IMG/VR virus record: IMGVR_UViG_3300044698_000357
Location: 1-36,682 of that record
DNA from: a virus
Taxonomy: Duplodnaviria; Caudoviricetes
Strand: one strand, 5' to 3'
Length of the DNA stretch: 36,682 nt
Shown here: positions 9,110-18,680 of the stretch, one piece after another
Layout: each line of letters starts with the position of its first letter
How positions within the stretch are numbered: the first letter of the stretch is position 1
Notes under the pieces: generated by a model
The model's database searches: none
Seen by the model: only the letters and a program-made list of their open reading frames with translations
What the model was told of the DNA's origin: nothing
Position numbers and translations under genes: made by a program

Positions 9110-9430
9110 ATGAACCCTCATCATAGACATATCTGCCTCGACGACCTGTCGGAGGAACACCGCCAGATCGTCGAGGCCATCGGGCTGGAAAATTTCATGC
9201 GCCTGGCGGAGCTGCGCGGCGGGAGCCCCCTGTACCTGCCCACGGTCCGCTGCCTGTCGATCCCGGCGCGCAACCGGGCCATCCGGGATGAATTCGACGG
9301 CCGCAACCACGCCGACCTGGCGCGGCGCTACGGGCTGACGGTGTCCTGGATCCGGACCATCCTGAGCGGGGGCGATGGCCCGGAAAAGCCGGCCGCGGCC
9401 GAAAAACAAAAACAGCTGGCGCTTTTCTGA
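9110..9430 (+). CDS. Mor/C-family transcription activator
   Basis: GGSPLYLP...RNRAIRDEFDGRNHADLARRYGLTVSWIRTIL; sits immediately before lysis/late genes. Confidence 0.9.
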   Translation: MNPHHRHICLDDLSEEHRQIVEAIGLENFMRLAELRGGSPLYLPTVRCLSIPARNRAIRDEFDGRNHADLARRYGLTVSWIRTILSGGDGPEKPAAAEKQKQLALF

Positions 9431-9588
9431 CCCTGCCCTTTCCCATCCCCTATTCCCCACAAGTGTTTTTCTCAATTACTTTCATAGACGCTACCCAAAC
9501 AACGGCCTAATGATGCAGCATCCAAGGGTTCCACGGCCGCAAACGCCGCGGAACCCTGAACGTACATCGGGAGCGGGAGACAGCAGTC
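9431..9588 (+). promoter_or_regulatory. Probable late/lysis promoter region
   Basis: AT-richer intergenic gap between the Mor/C activator and the endolysin, as in Mu; exact elements not identified. Confidence 0.35.
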
Positions 9589-10188
9589 ATGGGGCGCGCA
9601 AACCAAATACTGGTCTTGATCGATCCGGGTCACGGCGGACGCGACCCGGGCGCCGTGGCGGGAGATGTGCGCGAGGCGGATATCAACCTGTCCGTGGCGC
9701 GCGAACTGGTTGCGCGCCTGGCCCTGCGTGATATCCGGGGCGTCCTGATCAGGCATCTGGACGTGACTCTGCGCCTGACGGCCCGGGTGAATTATGAACG
9801 GCTGATTGAACCCGCCATCTATATATCCCTGCACTGCAACGCGGCCGACAACAGCGCTGCGGCCGGGATCGAGGTATGGACCTCGCCGGGCGAGACGGCC
9901 GCGGACGCGGCGGCCAGCGCCATCCACACGTCCCTGGCGCGGGCGTTTCCGGGCCGCATCATGCGGGTGGATTATGCCGACGGCGACCCGGACAAAGAGG
10001 CCAACTTTTACGTGCTGGTAAAAACCCGATGCCCGGCGGTGCTGATCGAGATGGGTTTTCTCAGCAACCCGGAGGAGCGGGCCTGGCTGGTCCAGCCGAA
10101 CACCCACCACCAACTGGCCGCCGCGATCGCGGCGGGCATCTACAACTGGCAAAAAGGGGATCAAGGTGGATTTTCTCAAAGGGTATAA
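9589..10188 (+). CDS. Endolysin, N-acetylmuramoyl-L-alanine amidase (Amidase_3)
   Basis: IDPGHGG.DPGA, E, SLHCNA, PAVLIEMGFLSN zinc-amidase motifs. Confidence 0.93.
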   Translation: MGRANQILVLIDPGHGGRDPGAVAGDVREADINLSVARELVARLALRDIRGVLIRHLDVTLRLTARVNYERLIEPAIYISLHCNAADNSAAAGIEVWTSPGETAADAAASAIHTSLARAFPGRIMRVDYADGDPDKEANFYVLVKTRCPAVLIEMGFLSNPEERAWLVQPNTHHQLAAAIAAGIYNWQKGDQGGFSQRV

Positions 10189-10573
10189 GGCAACACTGTC
10201 CATTTTCGGGAGCGTCCTGGTCATGCTCCTGGCATGTTACGGCTGCGCTCCCCACCAGAGCGCCACCCAGCAGCTCATGCGCCAGACCGACGATCCGGGA
10301 ACAATCGCCCTGGGGACCTTTGCCGACGCCCAGGACGCCTATATTGCTGCGGCGGAGTTGTATTCGCCGTATCAGGCGATCCTGGCGGCGAGCGACCCGG
10401 AGTTGGATGCCGAGATCATCGGGTATTTCCGCAAGGCCAACGCCATTCTGGATGATTGGCTGCTGTTCGGCGACGTGCCCATCGGGGACAAGGACCGTTT
10501 CCGGGCCTACCTGCGCGAGGTGTCGCTAAGCCTGGCCCAGGCCTTGGAATCCAGGCAGAAAGGCGGTGAGTGA
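10166..10573 (+). CDS. Putative lipoprotein in lysis cassette
   Basis: Hydrophobic N-terminus ending LLACYGC. Confidence 0.6.
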   Translation: MDFLKGYKATLSIFGSVLVMLLACYGCAPHQSATQQLMRQTDDPGTIALGTFADAQDAYIAAAELYSPYQAILAASDPELDAEIIGYFRKANAILDDWLLFGDVPIGDKDRFRAYLREVSLSLAQALESRQKGGE

Positions 10574-10800
10574 TGGATTTCAAGGACTTTCCGTTCGTGC
10601 CGATCGCGGCGGGCTTGAACATGATTTACGACATCATCGAGCGCGTGCGCGCCGATCACGGCATCACGATCACGCCCGAAAATATCGCCTCCTACGTGGC
10701 CCTGCGCAGCGGCCAGCGGCGCCAGATCAACGTCAGCCTGGGCGTGGCCAGCGTGCCGGACAAGGATATATTCCCGGACAAGGATACCTTTATACGATAA
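10570..10800 (+). CDS. Hypothetical protein
   Basis: Coupled to the upstream gene. Confidence 0.5.
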   Translation: MMDFKDFPFVPIAAGLNMIYDIIERVRADHGITITPENIASYVALRSGQRRQINVSLGVASVPDKDIFPDKDTFIR

Positions 10801-10872
10801 CCCCAAGGGAGGCCGGGACGGAGGGGCGCTATGTGGGGCCCCATCCCGGCCAGCCCGTAAACAGGAGAAACC

Positions 10873-11268
10873 ATGCCTGACATGATGGCGCAGATGATCG
10901 AGATCCTGGCCCCGGCAGCCGGAACCCTTTTGCTGGCCCTGGTGTCCTGGGCGCTGGCCGAGGCGGCGCGCTACGTGCGATCGAGGACCGAGAACGAGGC
11001 GGTCAATAACGCGATCGCGCGCATCTGCCACATGACCGAAACGGTGGTGGCCGAAGTCAACCAAACGGTGGTGGACGATATCAAGCTGGCCGCGGCCGAC
11101 GGGCGGCTCGATAAAGACCAGGCGCGCCTGATCGCCAGCCAGGCCCTGGCGATGGTCTACGACCGCATGGCGCCGGGGGTGCTGGAGATCGCCGCCCGGG
11201 GCGTGGCCGACCTGCAAGAATTCGTGGCCTCTCGCATCGAGCGATCCGTGGCCGAGCAGAAGGGATGA
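10873..11268 (+). CDS. Holin-like membrane protein
   Basis: Single N-terminal TM segment, EVNQTVVD.IK...DG.L and IE..V C-terminus, in lysis cassette. Confidence 0.55.
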   Translation: MPDMMAQMIEILAPAAGTLLLALVSWALAEAARYVRSRTENEAVNNAIARICHMTETVVAEVNQTVVDDIKLAAADGRLDKDQARLIASQALAMVYDRMAPGVLEIAARGVADLQEFVASRIERSVAEQKG

Positions 11269-11274
11269 CCGGGT

Positions 11275-11511
11275 GTGGACGAATGCGATCGCGGCGCACG
11301 GGCGTCCGCACAATACCTGCGGGCGGCCCTGCTGGACCGCGAGCGGCGGCGCTGGCCGGATCCGGGTGGTGACGAGTGTGCCGGGCATGACGGCGAGTGC
11401 GAGGATTGCGGCGAGGAGATCCCGGAGGAGCGGCGGATGGTAATGACGCGGCTGGGGATGGCCTGCACGCGCTGCGTGGATTGTCAAACCAAGTTTGAAC
11501 GGGGGATCTAA
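11275..11511 (+). CDS. TraR/DksA C4-type zinc-finger protein
   Basis: CEDCGEEIPEERR...CTRCVDCQ. Confidence 0.85.
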   Translation: MDECDRGARASAQYLRAALLDRERRRWPDPGGDECAGHDGECEDCGEEIPEERRMVMTRLGMACTRCVDCQTKFERGI

Positions 11512-11892
11512 TTGGAAGCTATCTCGCTGCCGTTGGCCACGATCATCATCCAGATCCTGGGACTGCCGGGGCTGGTGTTCATCATCTGGCATTTCGACAA
11601 CAAGAGGGACGCCCGCAAGGAGGATTTGCGGCGGGTGGAGATCGCCGAGCGCGAACGGGCCATCGCGCTGGTGCTGAGCCAGTACCGCGACGACGTGGCC
11701 CAGATCAAAAAACTGTACGAGTCCAACGTGCACCTGGTCAAAGACTATGAGAGTTCCTGCTCGCGCCTGGAGCGGCTCTACAGCGAGACGCTCTCCGTGA
11801 TCAGCCTCAACACCCAGGCCCAGACCCACCTGGTGGAGGCCGCCAAAAACAACATGTTTTGCCCGATCGTCAGAAAAGGAACCGGGGTATGA
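11512..11892 (+). CDS. Membrane-anchored coiled-coil protein
   Basis: N-terminal TM (IIIQILGLPGLVFIIW), coiled-coil remainder. Confidence 0.6.
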   Translation: MEAISLPLATIIIQILGLPGLVFIIWHFDNKRDARKEDLRRVEIAERERAIALVLSQYRDDVAQIKKLYESNVHLVKDYESSCSRLERLYSETLSVISLNTQAQTHLVEAAKNNMFCPIVRKGTGV

Positions 11893-12134
11893 ACTTGGAG
11901 CGCGCCGCCATGCGCGGCTTCCTGGCCGAAAAAACCCAGCGGGCCGCGCGCCTGCGGCTGCGGATCGAAGGCACCTGCCGGGCGATCCGCCAGGGGCTCA
12001 ACACGGCCCTGACGGCGGTGGATGATCTGGAGATCCCCATGATCGCGGGGCAGATGGACGAGCTGGTGGGCGCCTGGGGCGAGTTGCAGGCCCTGCGTTC
12101 GGAGATCGACCGGTTGCAACGGGAGCTGCGATAG
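11889..12134 (+). CDS. Hypothetical protein
   Basis: ATGA overlap with upstream gene. Confidence 0.55.
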   Translation: MNLERAAMRGFLAEKTQRAARLRLRIEGTCRAIRQGLNTALTAVDDLEIPMIAGQMDELVGAWGELQALRSEIDRLQRELR

Positions 12135-12629
12135 ATGGCCGAGAAGGGCGACAAGGCTAAATTGTACGACATCGCCATGCGCATGTACGTCGAGGGCCAG
12201 AGCCTGACGGCCATCGAGGCGGCCCTGGGGGTGAGCCGGCAGACGCTTTCCGCGTGGAAGGCGGATACGCGGAAACCCTCGGAGGATGCCGACGCCTGGG
12301 ACCTGGCGCGCCAGGTCAAACGCTCCAACGTGCAGCGGCTGCGGGCGCTGTTCGAGCGCGAGCTGCGCAACCTGGAGGAATCGGCGGCCGGCAGCCTGAA
12401 CAACGTCAGCCTGGACGCCATCACCAAACTGGGCACGCTGGTGCAGCGCTGGGAGCAGATGGAGGCCACGGCGGCGTTGAAGGACGGCGCGCAGCGCTCG
12501 GCGCTGTTTCTGGACTTCGTGCGCGACCTGATCGCCTTCGGCGGCCGGCAGGATCCGGACCTGGTCAGCGCCATCGAGGCCAACTTCGACGACATCATCG
12601 CCTGGGGGCAGGAGAAATACGGGATCTGA
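12135..12629 (+). CDS. Probable terminase small subunit (HTH, DUF1804-like)
   Basis: SLTAIEAALGVSRQTLSAWK HTH; directly upstream of TerL. Confidence 0.7.
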   Translation: MAEKGDKAKLYDIAMRMYVEGQSLTAIEAALGVSRQTLSAWKADTRKPSEDADAWDLARQVKRSNVQRLRALFERELRNLEESAAGSLNNVSLDAITKLGTLVQRWEQMEATAALKDGAQRSALFLDFVRDLIAFGGRQDPDLVSAIEANFDDIIAWGQEKYGI

Positions 12630-14320
12630 TGGTCACGACCGCCAAACAGAAGATGTTCGACCGCGAAGTGGAAGCCATCCGCCAGATGATCCAGTCGGCG
12701 GCGCGGCCCTTTCCGGCGTCGGTGCCGGCGCAGAAAAAGCGCAAGGCGCGGTCCGAGAAAGAGCTGGATTTTTTCAACCGCACCTACTTCCCGCACTATT
12801 TCACGCGGCCCTCATCGGCCCTGCACCGGTATTTCGCCGAGCGCTACCCGGCCATGATCGAGCATTCCAACCAGACCGGAGAGGGGGACAAGGAGGCCGA
12901 CGCGGCGCCGCGCGGCAACGCCAAATCCACCTGGACGACCTTCGCGCTGATCCTGTGGTGCATCGCCTATAAAAAACGGCGCTATCCGATGATCGTCTCC
13001 GAAACCGGTCCCCAGGCGCAAAGCTTTTTATCCTTCATCAAGGCCGAACTGGAGACCAACGAGCGCCTGGCCCAGGATTTTCCCGACATGGTGGGCCAGG
13101 GGCCGGTATGGCGCGCGGACTGGATCATCACCCGCAACGGCATCAAGGTCCACGCGGCCGGAGCGGGCCAGAAACTGCGCGGTTTCCGCCACGGCAGCAA
13201 ACGCCCGGACCTGGTGGTGGGCGATGACCTGGAGAACGACGAGTCGGTGGAATCGCCCGATCAGCGCAAGAAGCTGGAGGCGTGGTTCTTCAAGGCCCTG
13301 ATGAAAATCGGCAACAAGGCCACGGTCTTCATCGTGATCGGCACCATCCTGCACGCCGAATCCCTGCTGCAGAAGCTGCTCGAAAAGCCGGGCTGGAAAG
13401 GGCAGAAATTCAAGGCGGTCATGCGTTGGGCCGACAACCGCGTGCTGTGGGATGCCTGGGAGCGGATCTTCGCCGACATCTCGATCGGCAAGGAGGCGGC
13501 CGAACGGGCGGCGGACGATTACTTCGAGGGTCACCGGGATGAGATGCTGCGCGGCGCGCAGGTGCTGTGGCCGGAGGAAGAGGACTACTACTACCTGATG
13601 AAGATGCGGGTGACCGACGGGCCGGCCTACTTCGACAGCGAAAAGCAGAACGAGCCGCTCAATCCCGAGGATCAGGTTTTCCAGGAAGAGTGGTTCGTGG
13701 ACTGGGAGGATGTCGATCTGTCCGGCGTGGCGCATGCCGGGGCCTGCGATCCGTCCCTGGGCAAACGCAACAAGCGCAACGACCCCTCGGCCATCCTGGG
13801 CGGACGGATGAAAGACAAGGTCTTGTACCTGGACATCGCCGACATCGACAAACGCCAGCCGGACCGCATCATGGCCGATATCCTGATGTACCATGGGCGC
13901 GATCCGTTCGACAAACTGCGCATGGAGACGGTGCAGTTCCAGGAGTTTTTCTCGCGCACGCTGGAGACCAAGGCCCACGACGAGGACCTGACGCTCAACA
14001 TCGACGAGCACGTGCCCAACACCGACAAGGACCTGCGCATCATCCGCCTGCAGCCGTGGATCAAGAACGGCTGGATCCGCTTCAAGGCCGAGCACCGCGA
14101 ACTCAAGCGCCAGTTGATCTACTACCGGCCCAAGGGGCGCGGCGGCCACGACGACGGCCCGGACGGCCTGGAGATGCTGCTGGCACTGTGCGAGGAGGGC
14201 CTGCACGGCGCGGCCGTGGCCCCGCCCAAGGAGGGCGAGCAGGCCGACGATTACCATGCTCCGCGCGGCGGGCGATTGATGGGGCGTTTACTGGATCGGA
14301 TTTCGAGGAGGGCGGCGTAG
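12629..14320 (+). CDS. Terminase large subunit
   Basis: APRGNAKST (Walker A), LVVGDDLE (Walker B), ACDPS and HDDGPD nuclease motifs; TGATG coupling. Confidence 0.92.
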   Translation: MVTTAKQKMFDREVEAIRQMIQSAARPFPASVPAQKKRKARSEKELDFFNRTYFPHYFTRPSSALHRYFAERYPAMIEHSNQTGEGDKEADAAPRGNAKSTWTTFALILWCIAYKKRRYPMIVSETGPQAQSFLSFIKAELETNERLAQDFPDMVGQGPVWRADWIITRNGIKVHAAGAGQKLRGFRHGSKRPDLVVGDDLENDESVESPDQRKKLEAWFFKALMKIGNKATVFIVIGTILHAESLLQKLLEKPGWKGQKFKAVMRWADNRVLWDAWERIFADISIGKEAAERAADDYFEGHRDEMLRGAQVLWPEEEDYYYLMKMRVTDGPAYFDSEKQNEPLNPEDQVFQEEWFVDWEDVDLSGVAHAGACDPSLGKRNKRNDPSAILGGRMKDKVLYLDIADIDKRQPDRIMADILMYHGRDPFDKLRMETVQFQEFFSRTLETKAHDEDLTLNIDEHVPNTDKDLRIIRLQPWIKNGWIRFKAEHRELKRQLIYYRPKGRGGHDDGPDGLEMLLALCEEGLHGAAVAPPKEGEQADDYHAPRGGRLMGRLLDRISRRAA

Positions 14321-15742
14321 ATGGGACTGCGGGCGGCGATCGTGAAAAAGTTTTTGGGTCCGGAAATCGAACGCCAGGTGGCCGATCGGCTGCCGGCGGC
14401 GGTGGGATTGCAGCTGGACCAGATCGGCTGGCGGCGGCTGACCGGAGCGCCCACGCGCGAACTGCCCATGATGGACCGGGGCCGGGCGATCGAGGTGGCC
14501 TACTGGCTGTGGAAGACCAACCCCCTGGCCAAATGGATCATAGAAGTGGTGACCGCTTTCGTTACGGCCAAGGGGCTGCCGGTGACCTGCGTCAACGAGG
14601 ACGTGCAGCAGGTGGTCACGGATTTCTGGCAGGACCCGGTCAACCGGCTGGATCTGCACTGGGAGAATTTCGTGCGCGAGCTGGGGATCTACGGCGAGCA
14701 GCTGTGGCCGGCGTTCGTGGCCCAGCAGACCGGCCGGGTGCGCCTGGGCTACATCGATCCGGCCTTGATCGACACGGTCTACTGCGACCCCCACAACGTC
14801 AAGCTCAAGCTCGGGGTGACGGTGGGCGGCAGCAACGCCGAGCCGCCGCGCCGGTTGGCGATCGTGCTGGACGAGGAAAACGAGGCCTTCCTGTCGGAGG
14901 CCGGCCGGGAACTGCGGGACAGTTTCGGCGACGGGCTGTGTTTCTTCCACACCATCAACGCCCTGACCAACGAGATGCGCGGCACCTCGGACCTGTTCGA
15001 GATCGCCGACCACCTGGACAACTACGAGCAGTTCCTCTACGACGCGGGCGAAAAATACGCCCGCTTCAATTCGTTTTACTACGACGTGACGGTGAACGGG
15101 GCCGACGCTAAAAAACTGGAGGAGGAGCGCGCCAAATACGAGCCGCCGCGCAACGGAGGGGCCTTCATCCACAACGAAAAAGTCACCTCGGAGGCGGTAT
15201 CCCCGGACCTCAAGAGCGAGGACAACGCGGCGGCGGCGCGGCTGCACCGCAACCATATCCTGGGATCCAAGGGGCTGCCCGAGCACTGGTTCGGCGGCGG
15301 CGGGGATGTCAACCGGGCCACGGCGGCCGAGATGGACGCCCCGGCGCGCAAACTGATTTCATCCCGCCAGGAGCGGGTCAAGAACATGCTGGAGCTGATG
15401 ATCGACTTCGTCATCGACAGCGCGGTGGCGGCGCACTACCTGACCGGCGTGCCCGAGGACGAACTCTACGCCTACGAGGTGCAGACACCCGATATCAGCG
15501 ATAAGGACGTGGGCAAACTGTCCAGCATGCTGACCCAGGTGGCCAGCTCGCTGACGGTGGCCGAGACCCAGGGCTGGATCGGACACGACGAGGCCGCCAA
15601 GGCCTTCGCCTATTTCCTGGGCTTCATCGGCTACGAGTACGATCCGGCGGAGGATGAGATCGCGCCGGAGTATGCGGATTACAAAAAAAAACCTGCGGCG
15701 GAACCGGCCGGGGAGAAAAAAGGAGCGCGGGATGAGGATTAG
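14321..15742 (+). CDS. Portal protein
   Basis: 473 aa directly after TerL; RGTSDL and GLPEHWFG..GDVNRATA portal-like motifs. Confidence 0.8.
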   Translation: MGLRAAIVKKFLGPEIERQVADRLPAAVGLQLDQIGWRRLTGAPTRELPMMDRGRAIEVAYWLWKTNPLAKWIIEVVTAFVTAKGLPVTCVNEDVQQVVTDFWQDPVNRLDLHWENFVRELGIYGEQLWPAFVAQQTGRVRLGYIDPALIDTVYCDPHNVKLKLGVTVGGSNAEPPRRLAIVLDEENEAFLSEAGRELRDSFGDGLCFFHTINALTNEMRGTSDLFEIADHLDNYEQFLYDAGEKYARFNSFYYDVTVNGADAKKLEEERAKYEPPRNGGAFIHNEKVTSEAVSPDLKSEDNAAAARLHRNHILGSKGLPEHWFGGGGDVNRATAAEMDAPARKLISSRQERVKNMLELMIDFVIDSAVAAHYLTGVPEDELYAYEVQTPDISDKDVGKLSSMLTQVASSLTVAETQGWIGHDEAAKAFAYFLGFIGYEYDPAEDEIAPEYADYKKKPAAEPAGEKKGARDED

Positions 15743-16235
15743 ATTGAGGATTTACATGGCCGCGGCGCTGCTGGCGGCTCTGATCGCAGCCGTACCGGCG
15801 GCAGCCGGAACCTATCGCAACGACACCACGGGCAACATCGTCGTGACCAACAGCAACGGGCAGCCCCAGAACGTGCGGCCGGGACAGAGCATCGCCACGG
15901 TCTACGTGCCCGGCAATGCCGGCATGATCAAGACGGCCGAGACGCCCTACTACAATCCGCTGGTGGCCCGGCACGCGGTAACCTCCTCCGGAGCCGGAGA
16001 CGACCAGACGGTGACGCTGTCGCCGGCGGCCGCCGCGCACGTGTTCATCTGGAAAGTGACCGGCGGCACGGCCAGTATCTACTACGATTCGACCTTCAAC
16101 ACCCCGGCCGTGGCCATCCTGCGCGAGGGGGATTTTTACCAGCACGACCTTAAGGGGCGGGCCGGCCGGTTGGTGATCCAGTTTTCCGCCGCCGGCACCT
16201 GCGAGGTGCTGGAAACCATCGAGCCTGTAAAATAG
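15732..16235 (+). CDS. Predicted secreted beta-rich protein
   Basis: RBS AGGAG; MRIRLRIYMAAALLAALIAAVPAAA-GTY Sec-type signal peptide. Confidence 0.65.
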   Translation: MRIRLRIYMAAALLAALIAAVPAAAGTYRNDTTGNIVVTNSNGQPQNVRPGQSIATVYVPGNAGMIKTAETPYYNPLVARHAVTSSGAGDDQTVTLSPAAAAHVFIWKVTGGTASIYYDSTFNTPAVAILREGDFYQHDLKGRAGRLVIQFSAAGTCEVLETIEPVK

Positions 16236-16245
16236 CGGAGCAGCC

Positions 16246-17991
16246 ATGCAAACGACGAACAGCAGACATAGCGGGATCCTCTTCCTGGCGCTGGCGATCG
16301 TGCTGGCGCTGGCGCCGATCGCCGCCGCCGAGATGCGGATGGGCACCGAAAACGGCAGGCTGAACCTGCCGGGGGTGGCCTCGGACGGCAACGACGGGCT
16401 GGAGATAGAGGGGCAAATCAAAGCAGGGTCCGCAGTTATAAGGGGTGCGGCCTCTTTTGAAGTCGCCGAGATCGGCACACCCGGCGAGCTGGGGTTTGGG
16501 GTGGGCGCGTATCTGGGTACCCTGCCCAGCGGTTTCACAGCCCTGGCCGGAGCGTCCGACATCCGCAGTCCGAACTATGGCAATTATCAGTATGCCGATG
16601 GCAGCATCATGGTGTGGATACCCAAGTTTTACTACAAAATCCACGACGGGACCGTGCTGCCAAAGGACACTGCGGAGATCCGTGGGTCATCCTATTTTGC
16701 TTCGACGGCTGCGGCCAATTCGGCGGGCTACGCCCTGCACAGAGCATTTATTGATGGAGGATTGGAGCAGGCTGGCTTTTTCATCGACAAATATAAATGC
16801 TCAAAAAACGCTCTTGGCACCGGGTTCGTGGCCAGCAGCATCGCCAACGGCAACCCAATATCGGCCCATGCCGATCATAATCCCATTGCCGATCTGACGG
16901 CCGTCAGCGCCAACAATTATGCCAGCACTATCAATGCTGCTCACGCCCGTGACGGTGTGGATGGCGCAGTAAATGCCGATTCAATATTTTTTGTGGTATC
17001 GAGGTTTCAGCGTGCGGCCCTGGCCATGCTTTCCCTGGCCCACGCTCAGGCATCGGCGGCCGCCACGCCCTGGAACGCTTGGTACAACAGCACATCCAAT
17101 TTTCCGAAGGGGTGCAACAATAACGCGCTCGCTGACGCCAACGACACAGCGGTGACATTTACCACCGATGGATACAGCAATAGCGCTAAAACAGGCAGCG
17201 GCATCCCATTTGCCAAAACCACCCATAACGGCCAGGCATCAGGCGTGACCGACCTGAACGGTCTAATGCACGAGGTCTCGATTGGCATGACGGCCGTGGC
17301 CACATCCCCAGCCATCGAGGGAATTACCAGTTCCGCAACTCCAGTTTTTACTCTTACTGGGCACGGACTATCCGCTGGCAGCTACGTGCAGATTGACGCA
17401 ATTACCCAGGCCGACTGGGTTAATTTTATAGATAAAATATGGTCTGTCGCCACGGTGCCGACCGCAGACACTTTCACTCTGACAAGCGCACCGGATACCA
17501 CCGGTTATGCCGCCTATGACGCAGGCGCCGATCCGGGCACGTTTACGATCGGCACCTTCTATGCGGCCAAAGAGGCCACCAGAATGCGATCGTTTACGTC
17601 GGGATCCGCTTCAGTCACAGACCACTGGGGCGCGACTGGCGTTGCTGCAATGATGGACACATTCGTTCCGGTTTTCGCGACAACTTACCCGAATAACGGT
17701 TTTGCCCAGCGTTTTGGCAATTCGGGGCAGGTGCTATCCGGGGCGACCTCGGGTGCCGGATGGGTGGCCGCAGGGTTGGGTTTTCCTGCACTTACAGGTA
17801 TCGGCACATCCGGCACCACACCTTTTGGCCAGGACCATTACTACCAGTACATTCGCAACGATCTATGTCTGCGATCGGGCGCGCATTGGAACAGCGGTTC
17901 GACTGCCGGGGTTTGGGCCGCCCATTGGTACGGCTCCCGGGCGTACTCGGACAACGCTGTGGGTTTTCGCGCGGCTTGTTACCCTGATTAG
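16246..17991 (+). CDS. DGR target protein (CLec/FGE-sulfatase-like fold) with N-terminal signal peptide
   Basis: MVWIPKFY, LHRAF, GFFIDKY, DLNG and C-terminal SG..W...AGVW.....R.....VGFRAA motifs; the 3' end is the VR. Confidence 0.9.
   Translation: MQTTNSRHSGILFLALAIVLALAPIAAAEMRMGTENGRLNLPGVASDGNDGLEIEGQIKAGSAVIRGAASFEVAEIGTPGELGFGVGAYLGTLPSGFTALAGASDIRSPNYGNYQYADGSIMVWIPKFYYKIHDGTVLPKDTAEIRGSSYFASTAAANSAGYALHRAFIDGGLEQAGFFIDKYKCSKNALGTGFVASSIANGNPISAHADHNPIADLTAVSANNYASTINAAHARDGVDGAVNADSIFFVVSRFQRAALAMLSLAHAQASAAATPWNAWYNSTSNFPKGCNNNALADANDTAVTFTTDGYSNSAKTGSGIPFAKTTHNGQASGVTDLNGLMHEVSIGMTAVATSPAIEGITSSATPVFTLTGHGLSAGSYVQIDAITQADWVNFIDKIWSVATVPTADTFTLTSAPDTTGYAAYDAGADPGTFTIGTFYAAKEATRMRSFTSGSASVTDHWGATGVAAMMDTFVPVFATTYPNNGFAQRFGNSGQVLSGATSGAGWVAAGLGFPALTGIGTSGTTPFGQDHYYQYIRNDLCLRSGAHWNSGSTAGVWAAHWYGSRAYSDNAVGFRAACYPD
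17864..17974 (+). repeat. DGR variable repeat (VR)
   Basis: 111-bp ungapped match to 18437-18547; 14 mismatches, 13 at TR adenines. Confidence 0.95.
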
Positions 17992-17992
17992 A

Positions 17993-18006
17993 GGCGCGAT
18001 AGCGCC
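17993..18006 (+). promoter_or_regulatory. DGR target-recognition hairpin
   Basis: GGCGC-GATA-GCGCC directly after the target stop; GRNA-type loop as in known DGR homing hairpins, but only a 5-bp stem. Confidence 0.6.
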
Positions 18007-18012
18007 GGCGGG

Positions 18013-18420
18013 ATGACGATGGGGATACATTCAGAGGCAGGACTCAACCGGAAGTTTATGGAAATGGCTAAATTGTTGAATATCTATCTCAACCACTTTC
18101 CGCGCCACGAGAAATTCGCACTATCGAACCGGATAAGGAATACGGCCTATGAAATCTACGATCTCATCACCGAGGGGCAAAAGCGCTATTTTAAAAAGAC
18201 CTCCCTGACCCAGCTGGATGTCGCGCATGAGAAATTGCGCATGCAGATTCATTTGGCCTACGAGCTGGGCTATTTCAATTATACAGCCGGCAAGGAGTCC
18301 GGTGAGCCCAACTCAACCATAGAAGAAAAGCGGCTTGTCGCCATCAGCGCGATGGTGGACGAACTGGGCAAGATGATCGGTGGCTGGATTAAGAAGATCA
18401 AGGATCAAAATCAGTGGTAA
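18013..18420 (+). CDS. avd: DGR accessory variability determinant (bAvd-like four-helix bundle)
   Basis: FPRHEKFALSNRIRN...LDVAHEKLR..ELGKMIGGW; lies between target and TR. Confidence 0.9.
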   Translation: MTMGIHSEAGLNRKFMEMAKLLNIYLNHFPRHEKFALSNRIRNTAYEIYDLITEGQKRYFKKTSLTQLDVAHEKLRMQIHLAYELGYFNYTAGKESGEPNSTIEEKRLVAISAMVDELGKMIGGWIKKIKDQNQW

Positions 18421-18436
18421 TGGGGCACCGCACTAA

Positions 18437-18547
18437 TATGTCTGCTATCGGGCGCGAATTGGAACAACAGTTCGAATGCCGGGGTTTGGGCCGCCAATTG
18501 GAACAACTCCCGGACGAACTCGAACAACAATGTGGGTTTTCGCGCGG
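18437..18547 (+). repeat. DGR template repeat (TR)
   Basis: 26 adenines and 11 AAY codons in the VR-equivalent frame; between avd and RT. Confidence 0.95.
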
Positions 18548-18680
18548 ACTACGGCTTTTTCCTCAAACCTCGAAGGAGGATAGTGGGGCCACAGGGATGC
18601 GATGTCCCGCCATAGGCGAAATCAAACCAAGCCTTCTTTTTGGTAGGCGTCAAGTCGAAAACCGGGAGGCTTTAACTATT

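Noticed and set aside
10166-10800. Calling the lipoprotein and its neighbour a spanin pair
   Set aside because: The position fits, but the usual i-spanin/o-spanin order and features are not evident; left as lipoprotein/hypothetical.
13567-15111. Long alternative-frame + strand ORFs rich in Arg/Gly/Pro (also 1340-2314, 26357-27430)
   Set aside because: Low-complexity frame artefacts of GC-rich codon usage that overlap well-supported genes.
17864-18547. Repeat pair as a CRISPR array or simple duplication
   Set aside because: Only two copies, with adenine-specific mismatches, next to avd and RT; this is a DGR VR/TR pair.
18414-18680. ORF-track N-terminal extension of the RT through the TR (238-aa ORF)
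   Set aside because: It runs through the non-coding TR/spacer; the RT-like sequence and a good RBS begin at ATG 18681.
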